DNA of 32,015 nucleotides, taken from an uncultured delta proteobacterium. Lineage in GTDB: Bacteria > Myxococcota_A > Polyangia > Polyangiales > Ga0077539. Shown here piece by piece: positions 1-8,840 of the stretch. Position numbers and translations under genes: made by a program. The stretch is taken from contig CAIOSS010000681.1 in assembly GCA_903860995.1 (NCBI GenBank), positions 1 through 32,015 of the forward strand, read 5' to 3'. Numbering within the stretch: position 1 is the first letter of the stretch; each line of letters opens with the position of its first letter. Under the pieces are notes generated by a model. It was not told where the DNA came from. It ran no database searches and saw nothing but the letters and a program-made list of their open reading frames with translations.

Positions 1-474
1 ACCGCCCTCGCCGCCAAGGCGCTGATCCCGCGGCGCGCGGTGGAGAAGATCCGCGAGGGCTGCGGCAACATCGACGCCGCCACCGACTGCGTCGCGCTCA
101 ACGCGCTCTTCATCCGGCACGCCGCCGCCATCAAGGGCCGCCACCCGCTGGCCAGGTCCGACATCGTCGAGGCCGGCGACGTGGGCAATGCGCTGCTCAA
201 GATTCTCCAGCCGAAGCGCGCCCGCGCCCGCGCCACCTCCGCCGACGTCGCCCGCGCCGTCGACCACCGCGACCGACTCTGGACCCTCCTCGTGCAGCGC
301 TTCGAGGGCCCCCACGGACTCGAGCGCGCCGCCATGCACCTCTGGGGTCGCGACGACGCGCAGCACGTTGCGCCGCTGCTGTCGTTCACGCCGAACGCCG
401 CGCGCGAGGGCCGCCGCGAAGCCCACCGACGGACCTCTCCCTACGCCTGCTCCCACACGCTCGGGACCGCGTAG
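1..474 (+). CDS. Hypothetical protein, C-terminal part (open at the window edge)
   Basis: Frame is open from base 1 with GC3-rich codons (IDAATDCVALNALF...RDRLWTLLV). The 3' end overlaps the convergent toxin gene. Confidence 0.6.
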   Translation, partial: TALAAKALIPRRAVEKIREGCGNIDAATDCVALNALFIRHAAAIKGRHPLARSDIVEAGDVGNALLKILQPKRARARATSADVARAVDHRDRLWTLLVQRFEGPHGLERAAMHLWGRDDAQHVAPLLSFTPNAAREGRREAHRRTSPYACSHTLGTA

Positions 475-815
475 GCGGTCACCAGCACGTCGCGCGTGAC
501 GATCGTGAGCCCCTCGACGATCGCCTGCGCCACGAGGATGCGATCGAAGGGATCGCGATGGATCAGCGGCAGCGTGCGCACCAGCTCAGCATGCGCGACG
601 CCGACCGGCAGCTCGCGGAAGCCGTAGTCGGCGACCGCCTCGGCGAACGAGCCCCTCACGGCGATCTTGCCGAGCCCCGCCTTGATCGCCACCTCCCACG
701 CGCTCGCCGCGCTCACCAGCACTTCGTCGGCCGCGCGGATGCGCCGCACGACCTTCGCGGGCAACGTCCCCTCGTCCCACCAGAGGAAGGCGTGGGTGTC
801 GAGCAGCAGCCTCAA
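441..815 (-). CDS. vapC: PIN-domain VapC-type toxin
   Basis: Motifs RLLLDTHAFLWW, SAASAWEVAIK and HRDPFDRILVAQA...TRD. The TTG start at 815 overlaps the antitoxin stop (TTGA). Confidence 0.92.
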   Translation of the reverse strand: MRLLLDTHAFLWWDEGTLPAKVVRRIRAADEVLVSAASAWEVAIKAGLGKIAVRGSFAEAVADYGFRELPVGVAHAELVRTLPLIHRDPFDRILVAQAIVEGLTIVTRDVLVTAYAVPSVWEQA

Positions 816-1075
816 CGCGCGCTTCCCTCGAAGGCGGCGAGGACGTCGTCGGGCAACGGATCGTCGAAGTCGCTCGCGACCACGAAGCGCCCCTTGCCCT
901 TCCCGGGCACGCGCAGCTTCACCGCGCCATCCTCCAGCGGGACGAGGCGCGCCCGCGGCTTCCCGGCGCGCGCCAGGATGATGGTCTCCCCCGCGCTGGC
1001 CCGCTCGACCAGCTCCGGCAGATGGGCCTTGGCCTCGGCGATGTTGTAGACCGCTGCCTTCGTCCGATCGCTCAT
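812..1075 (-). CDS. Phd/YefM-family antitoxin
   Basis: YNIAEAKAHLPELVERASAGETIILARAGKPRARLVP...DFDDPLPDD. Translationally coupled to the PIN toxin. Confidence 0.92.
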   Translation of the reverse strand: MSDRTKAAVYNIAEAKAHLPELVERASAGETIILARAGKPRARLVPLEDGAVKLRVPGKGKGRFVVASDFDDPLPDDVLAAFEGSAR

Positions 1076-1108
1076 CCGCCGACGGTAGCAACCTGACCAC
1101 CCTGGTCA

Positions 1109-1508
1109 ATGCAGCCGCCGTCCGTCGCCGCGATCGCGCCGCTCCCTCCGCCCGCCTCTTCGGCCATCCCTCCCTTCGTGAACCTCACGCGCGCCGAGAC
1201 CGGCGCCCTCGCCGACCTCTGCGCCACCGTTCGCACCCGCTTCGGCCCATGCCTGCGCGAGCTCCGCCCTCTTCGGCTCGCGCGCCCGCGGTGAGGGCCA
1301 CGAGCACTCGGACCTCGACGTGCTCATCGTCGTCGACGACCTCGCCGGCTCCGGGGCTCGCGCGGTCGCGCAGGGCTGCGGCGACCTCCTCACCGCCTAC
1401 GACGTGCTCGTCTCGCCCTTCATCGTGAGCACCGAGCACATCACGCGCCTGCGCTCCCGCGAGCGCCTCATCGCCGCAGAGATCGCCCGCGACGCGGTGC
1501 CGCGGTGA
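1109..1508 (+). pseudogene. Minimal nucleotidyltransferase (MNT) with a +1 frameshift
   Basis: Removing one C at ~1267-1269 restores RELRLFGSRARGEGHEHSDLDVLIVVD, the GS...DxD motif of MNTs. Confidence 0.8.
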
Positions 1509-1576
1509 CCGGCGACAACCGCCGCCGCAACATCGCCGAGGAGGTGGCCCGCGCCGAAGAGTCGCCGCGCGCGGCG
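1505..1576 (+). pseudogene. 5' fragment of the probable HEPN partner of the MNT
   Basis: GTGA-coupled to the MNT. MTGDNRRRNIAEEVARAEESPRAA resembles the first HEPN helix, then switches abruptly to transposase-like sequence. Confidence 0.5.
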
Positions 1577-1909
1577 CACGGCGAGGCCGTCGTGCGCGAC
1601 CAGGTGTCGGGCTACTACATCGCGCAGTTCGGGCGCGACGCCGTAGGGGCCATCGACGACCTGATCGAACCGGACGACTGGAAGCTGTGGCAGCAGCTGT
1701 CGATGCCCGCCGCGGCGGCGTTGCTCAAGGCGATCGCGGCGCGAATCGACCTGCGAATGATCCGCAAGCACAAGCGAGTACCCAAGAAGCCCGTCCCCAA
1801 GAGGAATCGCTTCAAGAACGAGCCTCACGTCTCGACCAAGAAGCTGCTGGATGGGACCGCGAAGGAGAAACCGAAGAAGGCCTCATCAAAGGCACGTTGA
1901 AAGGGCTGG
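1577..1909 (+). mobile_element. 3' remnant of an IS4-family transposase with probable terminal sequence
   Basis: HGEAVVRDQVSGYY...RKHKRVPKKPVPKR...PHVSTKKLL matches my recollection of IS4 transposase C-termini. CACGTTGAAAGGGCTGG at 1893-1909 is a plausible IS end. Confidence 0.65.
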
Positions 1910-1941
1910 TTGGTAGACCAACCACCGGACAACCCAACCGG

Positions 1942-2769
1942 TCACTCCCCCGAGGCACCATCGGAGGCAGCCGCAGGGTTCGCCTGCCGTCGCTGGCGGA
2001 ACCGCTCGAAGCGCGCGGCCATGGCGGCCTCATAGGCTGCGTGCCGCGCGGCGTCCCGAGACCGCGACCGCAGGCTCAAGGCGTAGGCCGACGATGGCGC
2101 CGCTGCCACAGGTGCGGAGCCCGGCGATGGCGCGGCTGCCACCTCGAGAGACCGGCTCATGAGGAGCGCCCGCCCCTCCCACTCGGCTCGAAAGCAGGCG
2201 GTCCCGCTCGCGACGGCCTGCGCCAGCTCGGGCGCGTCTCCCGGGATACCACCAGGGTTCGCGGCCAGGGCCTCCTGCATCGCCGCCTGGACGATGCAGC
2301 CCTCGCCGAACATGAACACCCGGTCCGGCCCGAGGCGAGACTCGACGTGGCGGCCGCGCACGAAGGTGAACTGCACCCGGCGGTCTGGGGCGCCGAGCGC
2401 CCTCGTCAGACCCGCCAGGGCCTCCTGGAAGCCCGCCGCGAGGCCCTCTGGAGCGACCTGCGCCGTCGCCTGGTCGTACAGGGCCACACCTCCTACGAAG
2501 GTCACGCAGCGCGCCACCTGCGACGCGACCGGACCGGGTGCCGTCTGGCCCGACGAAGGCGCCCTGACGGAGAAGCAGGCCACCTCCACCCCGGGCGTGC
2601 TCGTGTCCCGCGAGACCGGCGCTCCGAGGTGCGCCACGACCTCCTCCCACGACCGATCCACCACCGCGTCCACCCACGCCGCCTCGCGACCCACCGACGT
2701 CGGCCTGACCGACATCCCAGCCCCGCAGCCGCCCAGGAGGGCCATCATCGAAATCAGCAGTCGCTTCAT
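1942..2769 (-). CDS. Hypothetical lipoprotein
   Basis: MKRLLISMMALLGGC signal peptide and lipobox; GA-rich RBS upstream of ATG 2769. Confidence 0.7.
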   Translation of the reverse strand: MKRLLISMMALLGGCGAGMSVRPTSVGREAAWVDAVVDRSWEEVVAHLGAPVSRDTSTPGVEVACFSVRAPSSGQTAPGPVASQVARCVTFVGGVALYDQATAQVAPEGLAAGFQEALAGLTRALGAPDRRVQFTFVRGRHVESRLGPDRVFMFGEGCIVQAAMQEALAANPGGIPGDAPELAQAVASGTACFRAEWEGRALLMSRSLEVAAAPSPGSAPVAAAPSSAYALSLRSRSRDAARHAAYEAAMAARFERFRQRRQANPAAASDGASGE

Positions 2770-2886
2770 ACCCTCGCTCCTCTTCCAGCCGTCACCCGAC
2801 GCGCGGACCCTGCCGGATTCCCCTGCGCCTGTCACCCGCTCCCCGCCCAACGACCGCTCACCGGCGCAGGGGCCCAGGCCTCCCCG

Positions 2887-3010
2887 GTGCACAGGGCGTC
2901 CAATGAGGCACCCCGGCTGGCACGGATTCACCCGGGTTTACAGAGGATCCATGATCAGCAGGACACCGTCCCGCGAGCGCCGCCAAGAGCTTCCGGGACG
3001 CCGCCCTGGC
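2887..3010 (-). repeat. ~125-bp repeat copy 1 (putative non-autonomous IS91/ISCR-like module)
   Basis: GTGCACAGGGCGTCCAATGAGGCAC...CATGATCAGCAGGACACCGTC...GCCGCCCTGGC aligns end to end with copies 2-4. It is the most diverged copy. Confidence 0.93.
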
Positions 3011-3166
3011 CCGAGGCGCACATCGCCGCGTAGCGCAGCGCCGGGTCGAGGGTGACGCCGCCCCCGCGGGCGTCTGTGGGCGGACTCGCCGGGTCAGCGT
3101 CGGTCGTGGTCCAGCGGAGCGGTTCGTCCCGGACGAAGGTGAACCGACCAGGTCGTCGGGATGGGT

Positions 3167-4087
3167 TCAGTAGGCGTCGGGCCCGAGCCAGCGCACCCGT
3201 CCCTCCTTTTCGAGCACCGCGAGCATTCCGCTGCACGCGACGACCGCGCGCAACCCGCCGAGTTCGAGACGCACGCGCTGCCAGCGTCCGCGCTCGGCCC
3301 CCGTCGCGACGTCGAAGATGGCCACGATGCCGGTCGTGTCCCATGCCACAACGTGCCTCGCGTCCGGGGTCAGCCGCAGTGGGACGCTCGCAAACTCTGG
3401 GATCCGCAGCGTCGTGCGGGCTCCGTCTGGCGCGCGGACGATGAGGGCCCCATCGTCGCTGGTGCGCAGGATCAGCCATCCCAGATCATCCACGCTGACG
3501 AGCTCGCCACGCGGCAGACCGAGCTTCTCGCGCGCCGTGCCCCCGAGTGGAACCCGCTCGTGGTCTGGGTAGGCGTACTCGTAGGTCGCCGCGAGCGACC
3601 AGGGAGGCAGGACGTTCTGGCCCAGCGCGAGCTGACGTGGTGGCGCCAACGGGGCCGACAAGCGGAACTCCAGGAGCCGAGCGACCCGGTCGGTGGGGTG
3701 CCCGCCGCGCTCCTGGGTCTCGGCCAGCACGCGATCCGGTCCGGCGATGGCGGCGCACACGAAGACGTCGTTGGAGTAGGTGGTCGGCCAGCGGGCGCGC
3801 ACCGCCCCGTCGTCGAGCCCGCGCACTTGCAACTCGTGGTCGGCCCGCACGATGGCCGCGAGGCCGTGGCCCGCCGCGAGCGCCACGACGGGACCTTCGC
3901 CCGCGAAGGTTCGCGCGACCGCGGGGCCGCTCCACACGGCGAGGAGGCCGTCGGCGCTCACCGACACCAGCCGTGTGCCGTCCACCGCGAGAAATGCCGC
4001 GGGCCTCCCTCCAGGGGCGTCGCAACTGGCCTGCAACCCCAGAACGCCGTCCGTCTCTTCTCCCGCGCGAGTCACATGTCCTGCCAT
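3167..4087 (-). CDS. WD40/beta-propeller-like hypothetical protein
   Basis: Propeller-like strands LVSVSADGLLAVW, LRLTPDARHVVAWDTTGIVAIFDVATG and EKEGRVRWL. Start position uncertain. Confidence 0.6.
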   Translation of the reverse strand: MAGHVTRAGEETDGVLGLQASCDAPGGRPAAFLAVDGTRLVSVSADGLLAVWSGPAVARTFAGEGPVVALAAGHGLAAIVRADHELQVRGLDDGAVRARWPTTYSNDVFVCAAIAGPDRVLAETQERGGHPTDRVARLLEFRLSAPLAPPRQLALGQNVLPPWSLAATYEYAYPDHERVPLGGTAREKLGLPRGELVSVDDLGWLILRTSDDGALIVRAPDGARTTLRIPEFASVPLRLTPDARHVVAWDTTGIVAIFDVATGAERGRWQRVRLELGGLRAVVACSGMLAVLEKEGRVRWLGPDAY

Positions 4088-4390
4088 GGGGCGGACTCCA
4101 GCATGTCTCCGTGACAAAGGTCCAACCGACACCCGACTCGTGCGGAGTGCGGTGCACCCGGAAAACAAGGATCCGTGGGCCGAAGACGAGGACGGCGGGC
4201 CGTACCCCGACGACATCGGTCCAGAGGACTTCCCGTTTCCCGAGGAAGGCGCCGGACCGAAGGGCGCCGATCCCTCCATGACCTGGCCCGAAGATGCGGG
4301 CGAGCCGCCTGATCCTCCGCCGCCGCTCGCCGAGGACCGGGGCGATCCGCCAGTGCCGCCGGTTGGCTACGAGGGGCGACGCACCGGGCG

Positions 4391-5086
4391 GAGACCTTCC
4401 GCGCATGGCACTGGGCGCGGCGGTCGACGATCACGAGCGCGCTGGTGGTCGACCACGACTGGACCCGGCCGAGCTACGACCGCAACGCGGCGACCGGGTG
4501 CGAGGCCAACCTCCCGACCAGCCCGACGTACTGCGCCGCGTGCGGCACCGTGTGCCCGGCGGTCACCAACGGCGTCCCGGCGCGCACCGCGGGCGTCATC
4601 GGGTTCGCCTTCAACGCGACCGGCATCAGCGCGACGGCGTTTCGGGCGGACACCCACGGCAACCTCCTGCTCGGCACGACCGGCGGGTCGTCGTCGCTCA
4701 CCAACGCGTGCCCGCTCACGGGCACGTCGCGCGCGTTCACCATCGCCCCGCTGTGGGGCGACATGAACCTCAACCGCGTGCTCACGCCCGCCGGGCGGCA
4801 CCGCATCTGCACGGTGAACACTGGCAGCGCGCCGAGCCGCCAGTGGGCCGTCACCTGGGAGGAGGTGCCGTTCTACAGCTCCACCATCACCACGGCGGCG
4901 ACGTTCTCGGCGGTGATGTCCGAGGCCACGTCGGCGATCACCTTCCAGTGGGCGACCGGCTGCGTCTCGACCTCGGCGACCATCGGCGTGCAGGGCGCGA
5001 CCACCGCGCAGTCGACCACCGTCGGCACCTGCAACGTCGCGCAGAGCCTCAACGGCAACCAGGTCACGCTCACCCTCGTCCCCTGA
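4391..5086 (+). pseudogene. Chimeric fragment: short unrelated segment fused to the C-terminal part of a Cys-rich secreted protein
   Basis: ETFRAWHWARRSTITSALVVDHDWTRPSY (weakly VgrG-like) runs into DRNAATGCEANL..YCAACGTVC and a nidogen-like IAPLWGDM...VTWEEV domain. No signal peptide. Confidence 0.5.
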
Positions 5087-5205
5087 TCCCTGCGTCGGTG
5101 CACACCCTCTGAACGGCGTTCGTCCCCCACTGGACGGGCGCCGCGAGGGCGTGCAACGGTCGACGTCCGACAGTCCTGTCGCCGTTCGGGGAGCCCGTTC
5201 AGCCG

Positions 5206-6342
5206 ATGAAAAGAAGCGTCCTCTGGTTCGCGTTGCTCTTGCCCGCCTGCGATGCCGCGGGTGGAGACAGCATCTTCGTGGTCGAAGACGACGTGCCCGA
5301 AGAGGTCGACGCGGGCTTCGCGCCGATTGACACCGGCGTCGCCCGCGACACGGGCATCGTGCGCCCGACGGACAACGGCGTCGTGCCGCGCGACCTGGGC
5401 TCCCCCGTCGACGCGGGCTCCCCCGTCGACGCGGGCTTCCCCGTGGACAACGGGTTCGAGCGCGACGTGGGCTTCCCCGTGGACGTGGGCTTCCCCCGCG
5501 ACGCGGGCTTCGCGCTGGACACCGGCGTCACGCCCGGGCGCACCACCGTGATCGCCGGGCGGCGCTGCACCGTCGACGGCGACTGCTTCGGCGCCGCGTC
5601 CGCCCTCGCGTGCGTCACCACCATCGGCGGCAACGTGTGCACCGTCGGCGCGGGCTGCGACCAGGGCTCCGTCGCGGCGGAGGAGGCCGCCTGCGGGGGC
5701 CGCTACGCGACGTGCCTCGTGTACTCGACCCCGGCCACCGGGCCGCAGATCAGCCTGTGCAGCCGCGCGTGCGTCTCCGGGGCGCGCACGGAGGCCACCG
5801 GCGCGTGCCCCGCCAGCTCGATCTGCACCACCAACTGGCTGCAACTGCAGACCGCGCAGACCGAGGCGCCGGGCTGCCTGCCGTTCTGCACCTCCGACGC
5901 CGACTGCGCCGGGGCCCTCGCCGGCGACGCCTCCGTCATGCGCTGCAACACCCGCCTCGGGCGCTGCACGACGGCGCCCGTCAACCCCGCGCTGCGCGCC
6001 GACGGGTCGCTCTGCAACCCGATGATGATCCAGTCGACCGGCGTCGCGCAGTGCCGCGGCACGTGCTTCTCGCTCTCCACGGCGCGCCCGGCGGAGGGCC
6101 TGTGCGGGTCGTTCATCAACGTCCGCACCGCCCCTGCGGGGTGCACCGACGACCCGATGATGACCCCGCGCGGCCCGATGGGCGACGAGCTGGGCGTGTG
6201 CATCTTCCGCGAGTGCACCAACAACGTGGGCTGCACCGGCGGGTCGTACTGCGTGTACCCCGAAGACGCGTCGGGTGTGCGCCGCGACGCGGTGCCGTAC
6301 TGCGCCTACCGCACGACGCTCCAGCCGAGCGGCATTCCCTGA
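5206..6342 (+). CDS. Cys-rich lipoprotein with DxG linker repeats
   Basis: MKRSVLWFALLLPAC lipobox, repetitive PVDAG linker, then a Cys-rich C-terminal domain. Confidence 0.85.
   Translation: MKRSVLWFALLLPACDAAGGDSIFVVEDDVPEEVDAGFAPIDTGVARDTGIVRPTDNGVVPRDLGSPVDAGSPVDAGFPVDNGFERDVGFPVDVGFPRDAGFALDTGVTPGRTTVIAGRRCTVDGDCFGAASALACVTTIGGNVCTVGAGCDQGSVAAEEAACGGRYATCLVYSTPATGPQISLCSRACVSGARTEATGACPASSICTTNWLQLQTAQTEAPGCLPFCTSDADCAGALAGDASVMRCNTRLGRCTTAPVNPALRADGSLCNPMMIQSTGVAQCRGTCFSLSTARPAEGLCGSFINVRTAPAGCTDDPMMTPRGPMGDELGVCIFRECTNNVGCTGGSYCVYPEDASGVRRDAVPYCAYRTTLQPSGIP
5398..5526 (+). repeat. Degenerate 18-bp coding tandem repeat (G-F/S-P-V-D-x)
   Basis: GGCTCCCCCGTCGACGCG twice, then GGCTTCCCCGTGGAC variants, encoding GSPVDAGSPVDAGFPVDNGFERDVGFPVDVGFPRDAG. 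Confidence 0.8.
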
Positions 6343-6499
6343 TTCACGCGGCCTGGTCGCGGCGCGCGGCGGGCGGCGCGAGCGAGAGTCCCGTTCGAAT
6401 CCGGGGCGCCCGCCCACGCCGACGGTCGACGCCTCACCGGAGCGAAGCGACGGCGCGACCGCCCACGCCCACAGTCCCCGGCGTTTCGATCTGCGCCCG

Positions 6500-6603
6500 C
6501 GACGATCGGAGATGAGATCGAGCACGTAGTCTTCGGCCATCACGTCGGCGACGCGGCCGAGGCCGACGAGGCCGAGGGTGATCCAGACGGCGGTGAAGGC
6601 CGC
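6500..6603 (-). pseudogene. Fragment resembling a K+ channel inner helix
   Basis: Minus-strand AFTAVWITLGLVGLGRVADVMAEDYVLDLI with GC3-rich codons and no start of its own. Confidence 0.35.
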
Positions 6604-6610
6604 GCACCCC

Positions 6611-6703
6611 GGCGTGCGGGCCCGCGGGGTGACCCGGCGGTACCTCATGGGCGACGTGTCCATCGACGCGCTGCGCGGGGTCGACCTGAGCCTCGACGAG
6701 GGG
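6611..6703 (+). pseudogene. N-terminal fragment of a LolD/MacB-type ABC ATPase, cut by repeat copy 2
   Basis: GVRARGVTRRYLMGDVSIDALRGVDLSLDEG is the typical segment before Walker A. Walker A is absent and the repeat starts here. Confidence 0.8.
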
Positions 6704-6828
6704 GTGCATAGGGCGTCCAACGGGGCACCCCGGCCCGGCATGGATTCGCTCGGGTTTACTGAGAATCCATGATCAGCAGGACACCGTCCCGCGAGCGCTG
6801 CAAGGAGCTCCCTGGACGCCGCCTTGGC
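6704..6828 (-). repeat. ~125-bp repeat copy 2
   Basis: GTGCATAGGGCGTCCAACGGGGCAC...CATGATCAGCAGGACACCGTC...GCCGCCTTGGC. Confidence 0.95.
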
Positions 6829-6989
6829 GCGTGGCGGAGATCCACGTGCGCCGCTCGGTCGAGGCGGTCTTCGAGCAGAGCGTCGTCCTGCGCGAGATGA
6901 TCGAGGGCGGCCACATCGCCCTCGTGGGCGCGATGTACTCCGTGGAGACCGGCGGCATGGACCCATTCGATCAGAGCGCTCGTGCGTGA
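6829..6989 (+). pseudogene. C-terminal fragment of a beta-class carbonic anhydrase
   Basis: VAEIHVRRSVEAVFEQSVVLREMIEGGHIALVGAMYSVETG...stop matches the beta-CA C-terminus. The zinc-binding part is missing and the fragment begins at the repeat edge. Confidence 0.8.
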
Positions 6990-7377
6990 CCGCGGCAACG
7001 GCTGCGTCGCCAGGGTTCCGCGTTGACGGCGCGCGGTCGCTCCGCCCTCCGGAGGGGAGCGCGCGCCCACGTCGTCAGTCCCTGCCTCGCGGGCGGTGGC
7101 GTCGCCGGCTGCGTCGCTCATGATGGCGCTCGGCGAGATGCAGCAGTCGGGCGCGGTGCTGATCATCGAAGCGCCCGAGGGGGACCCCTCAACTCAAGGA
7201 GGTCGACTTCATCAAGTATCGCCTGCCGGACGGTGCGCCGTCTGCCACCGGAGCCTGAGCAGCACGGCCGTCGCGGGGCGGCGTTCCACGGTCGGGCCTG
7301 GACCGTTTCAAAGGCGTTGCTCGTCGCGCGGGGTGGCCCGCCGGCGTGGTGATAGGTTGGTGCGAAGGAGCCACCGC

Positions 7378-8754
7378 ATGCCCTTCCGCGCCTCGGTCAT
7401 CGGGTCACTCATCGCCCTGTGCGTCGCGTGTTCGTCGTCGGCCCCGATGGGCTCACCAGGGTGCCTCGCCGGCGCTTCGCTGGCCTGCGCCTGCACCGAT
7501 GGACGCGCGGGTGCCCAGGTCTGCGGCGACGACGCACGCCTCGGTCCCTGCTTGTGCACAAGCGGAGATGCGTCGCTCGCGCCCGCCGACGTCGCGTCGC
7601 CCGATGTCCCCGCGTCGCCCGATGTCCCCACGTCCCTCGCTGACGTGGTGACGCCCGATGTCCCCACGCCGCGCGACGCGCCTGCCGCCGATGTGCCGAC
7701 GTCGTCGACGCGGCCGGGCTTCCTCCACACGCAGGGCAGCGCGATCGTCGACGCGACCGGGCGCACGGTGCGGCTCACCGGGCTCTCGTGGTTCGGCTTC
7801 GAGACCTCGAACTACGCGCCGCACGGGCTCTGGCGGCGCTCCATGAACGCGATGCTCGATCAGGTGCGGACGCTCGGGTACAACGTCATCCGCGTCCCCT
7901 GGTGCAACCAGATGCTCGACGCGGGCAGCACGCCCAACGGCATCGACTTCGCCCAGAACCCCGACCTCCGCGGGCTCACCGCCGTCGAGGTGCTCGACCG
8001 CTTCATCGCCGCCGCGCGGGCGCGCGGACTCAAGGTCATCCTCGATCGGCACCGGCCCGATGCGAGCGGACAGTCCGATCTCTGGTACACGGGCGCGTAC
8101 GACGAGGCGCGCTGGATCCGTGACTGGGTCATGCTCGCGCGGCGCTACCGCGACGATCCGACGGTGATCGGCGTCGACCTCCACAACGAGCCGCACGGCG
8201 CGGCCACCTGGGGCGACGGCAACCTGGCGACGGACTGGCGCCTCGCGGCCGAGCGCGCGGGCAACGCCGTGCTCGCGGTGAACCCCGACCTGCTCATCGT
8301 CGTCGAAGGCATCGAGCGCTACGCCGGAACCTCCTACTGGTGGGGCGGCAATCTCCGCGGTGCGCGCACGGCCCCGGTGCGCCTCACGGTGCCCGGGAGG
8401 GTGGTGTATTCGCCGCACGACTACCCGTCCTCGGTGTCCGCGCAGGCGTGGTTCGGCGCGGCGGACTACCCCGCCAACCTGCCGCGCGTGTGGGGCGACG
8501 CGTGGGGATACCTCGCCGTCGAGGGCCTCGCGCCGGTCTGGATCGGTGAGTTCGGCACGCGCCTCGCGACGACCTCCGACCGGCAGTGGCTCACCGGGAT
8601 GGTGTCGTACGTGCGCGCGCACGACCTGAGCTTCGCGTTCTGGTGCCTCAACCCCAACAGCGGAGACACGGGCGGCATCCTCCAGGACGACTGGCAGACG
8701 GTGAACACCGCCCAGCAGTCGGCCCTGATGCCCTTGCTCGCTCCGCCGCTGTAG
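7378..8754 (+). CDS. Lipoprotein with a GH5 endoglucanase (cellulase) domain
   Basis: Lipobox CVAC, Cys module and D/P-rich linker. GH5 motifs GLSWFGFET, LDRHRP, HNEPH (acid/base), YSPHDY, IGEFG (nucleophile) and FWCLNPNSGDTGG. Confidence 0.93.
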   Translation: MPFRASVIGSLIALCVACSSSAPMGSPGCLAGASLACACTDGRAGAQVCGDDARLGPCLCTSGDASLAPADVASPDVPASPDVPTSLADVVTPDVPTPRDAPAADVPTSSTRPGFLHTQGSAIVDATGRTVRLTGLSWFGFETSNYAPHGLWRRSMNAMLDQVRTLGYNVIRVPWCNQMLDAGSTPNGIDFAQNPDLRGLTAVEVLDRFIAAARARGLKVILDRHRPDASGQSDLWYTGAYDEARWIRDWVMLARRYRDDPTVIGVDLHNEPHGAATWGDGNLATDWRLAAERAGNAVLAVNPDLLIVVEGIERYAGTSYWWGGNLRGARTAPVRLTVPGRVVYSPHDYPSSVSAQAWFGAADYPANLPRVWGDAWGYLAVEGLAPVWIGEFGTRLATTSDRQWLTGMVSYVRAHDLSFAFWCLNPNSGDTGGILQDDWQTVNTAQQSALMPLLAPPL

Positions 8755-8840
8755 GGTCGCTCGAGCGCACAGCGGCACCTTCTGGTCGTGGCGCGACGCC
8801 ATGTTCGCCGCCGCTGCCGCGCTCTGCCGCACGATCGCGG

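Noticed and set aside
1565-6610. GCGCAC at two repeat-free junctions (~1575 and ~6602) as a target motif
   Set aside because: Common at this GC content and absent at the 10965 and 15255 junctions. Exact breakpoints are needed first.
4873-6966. Long ORFs such as 4873-6966(-), 7453-9687(-), 24644-27043(+), 22022-24046(+) and the 5' extension of 25019-28633(-)
   Set aside because: Arg/Ala/Gly-rich shadow frames of real high-GC genes, without motifs of their own (apart from the short channel-like scrap at ~6500-6603).
7096-7377. N-terminal extension of the GH5 gene
   Set aside because: The signal peptide and lipobox begin at ATG 7378 after a GGAG RBS. The upstream part may be another scrap, but I cannot assign it.
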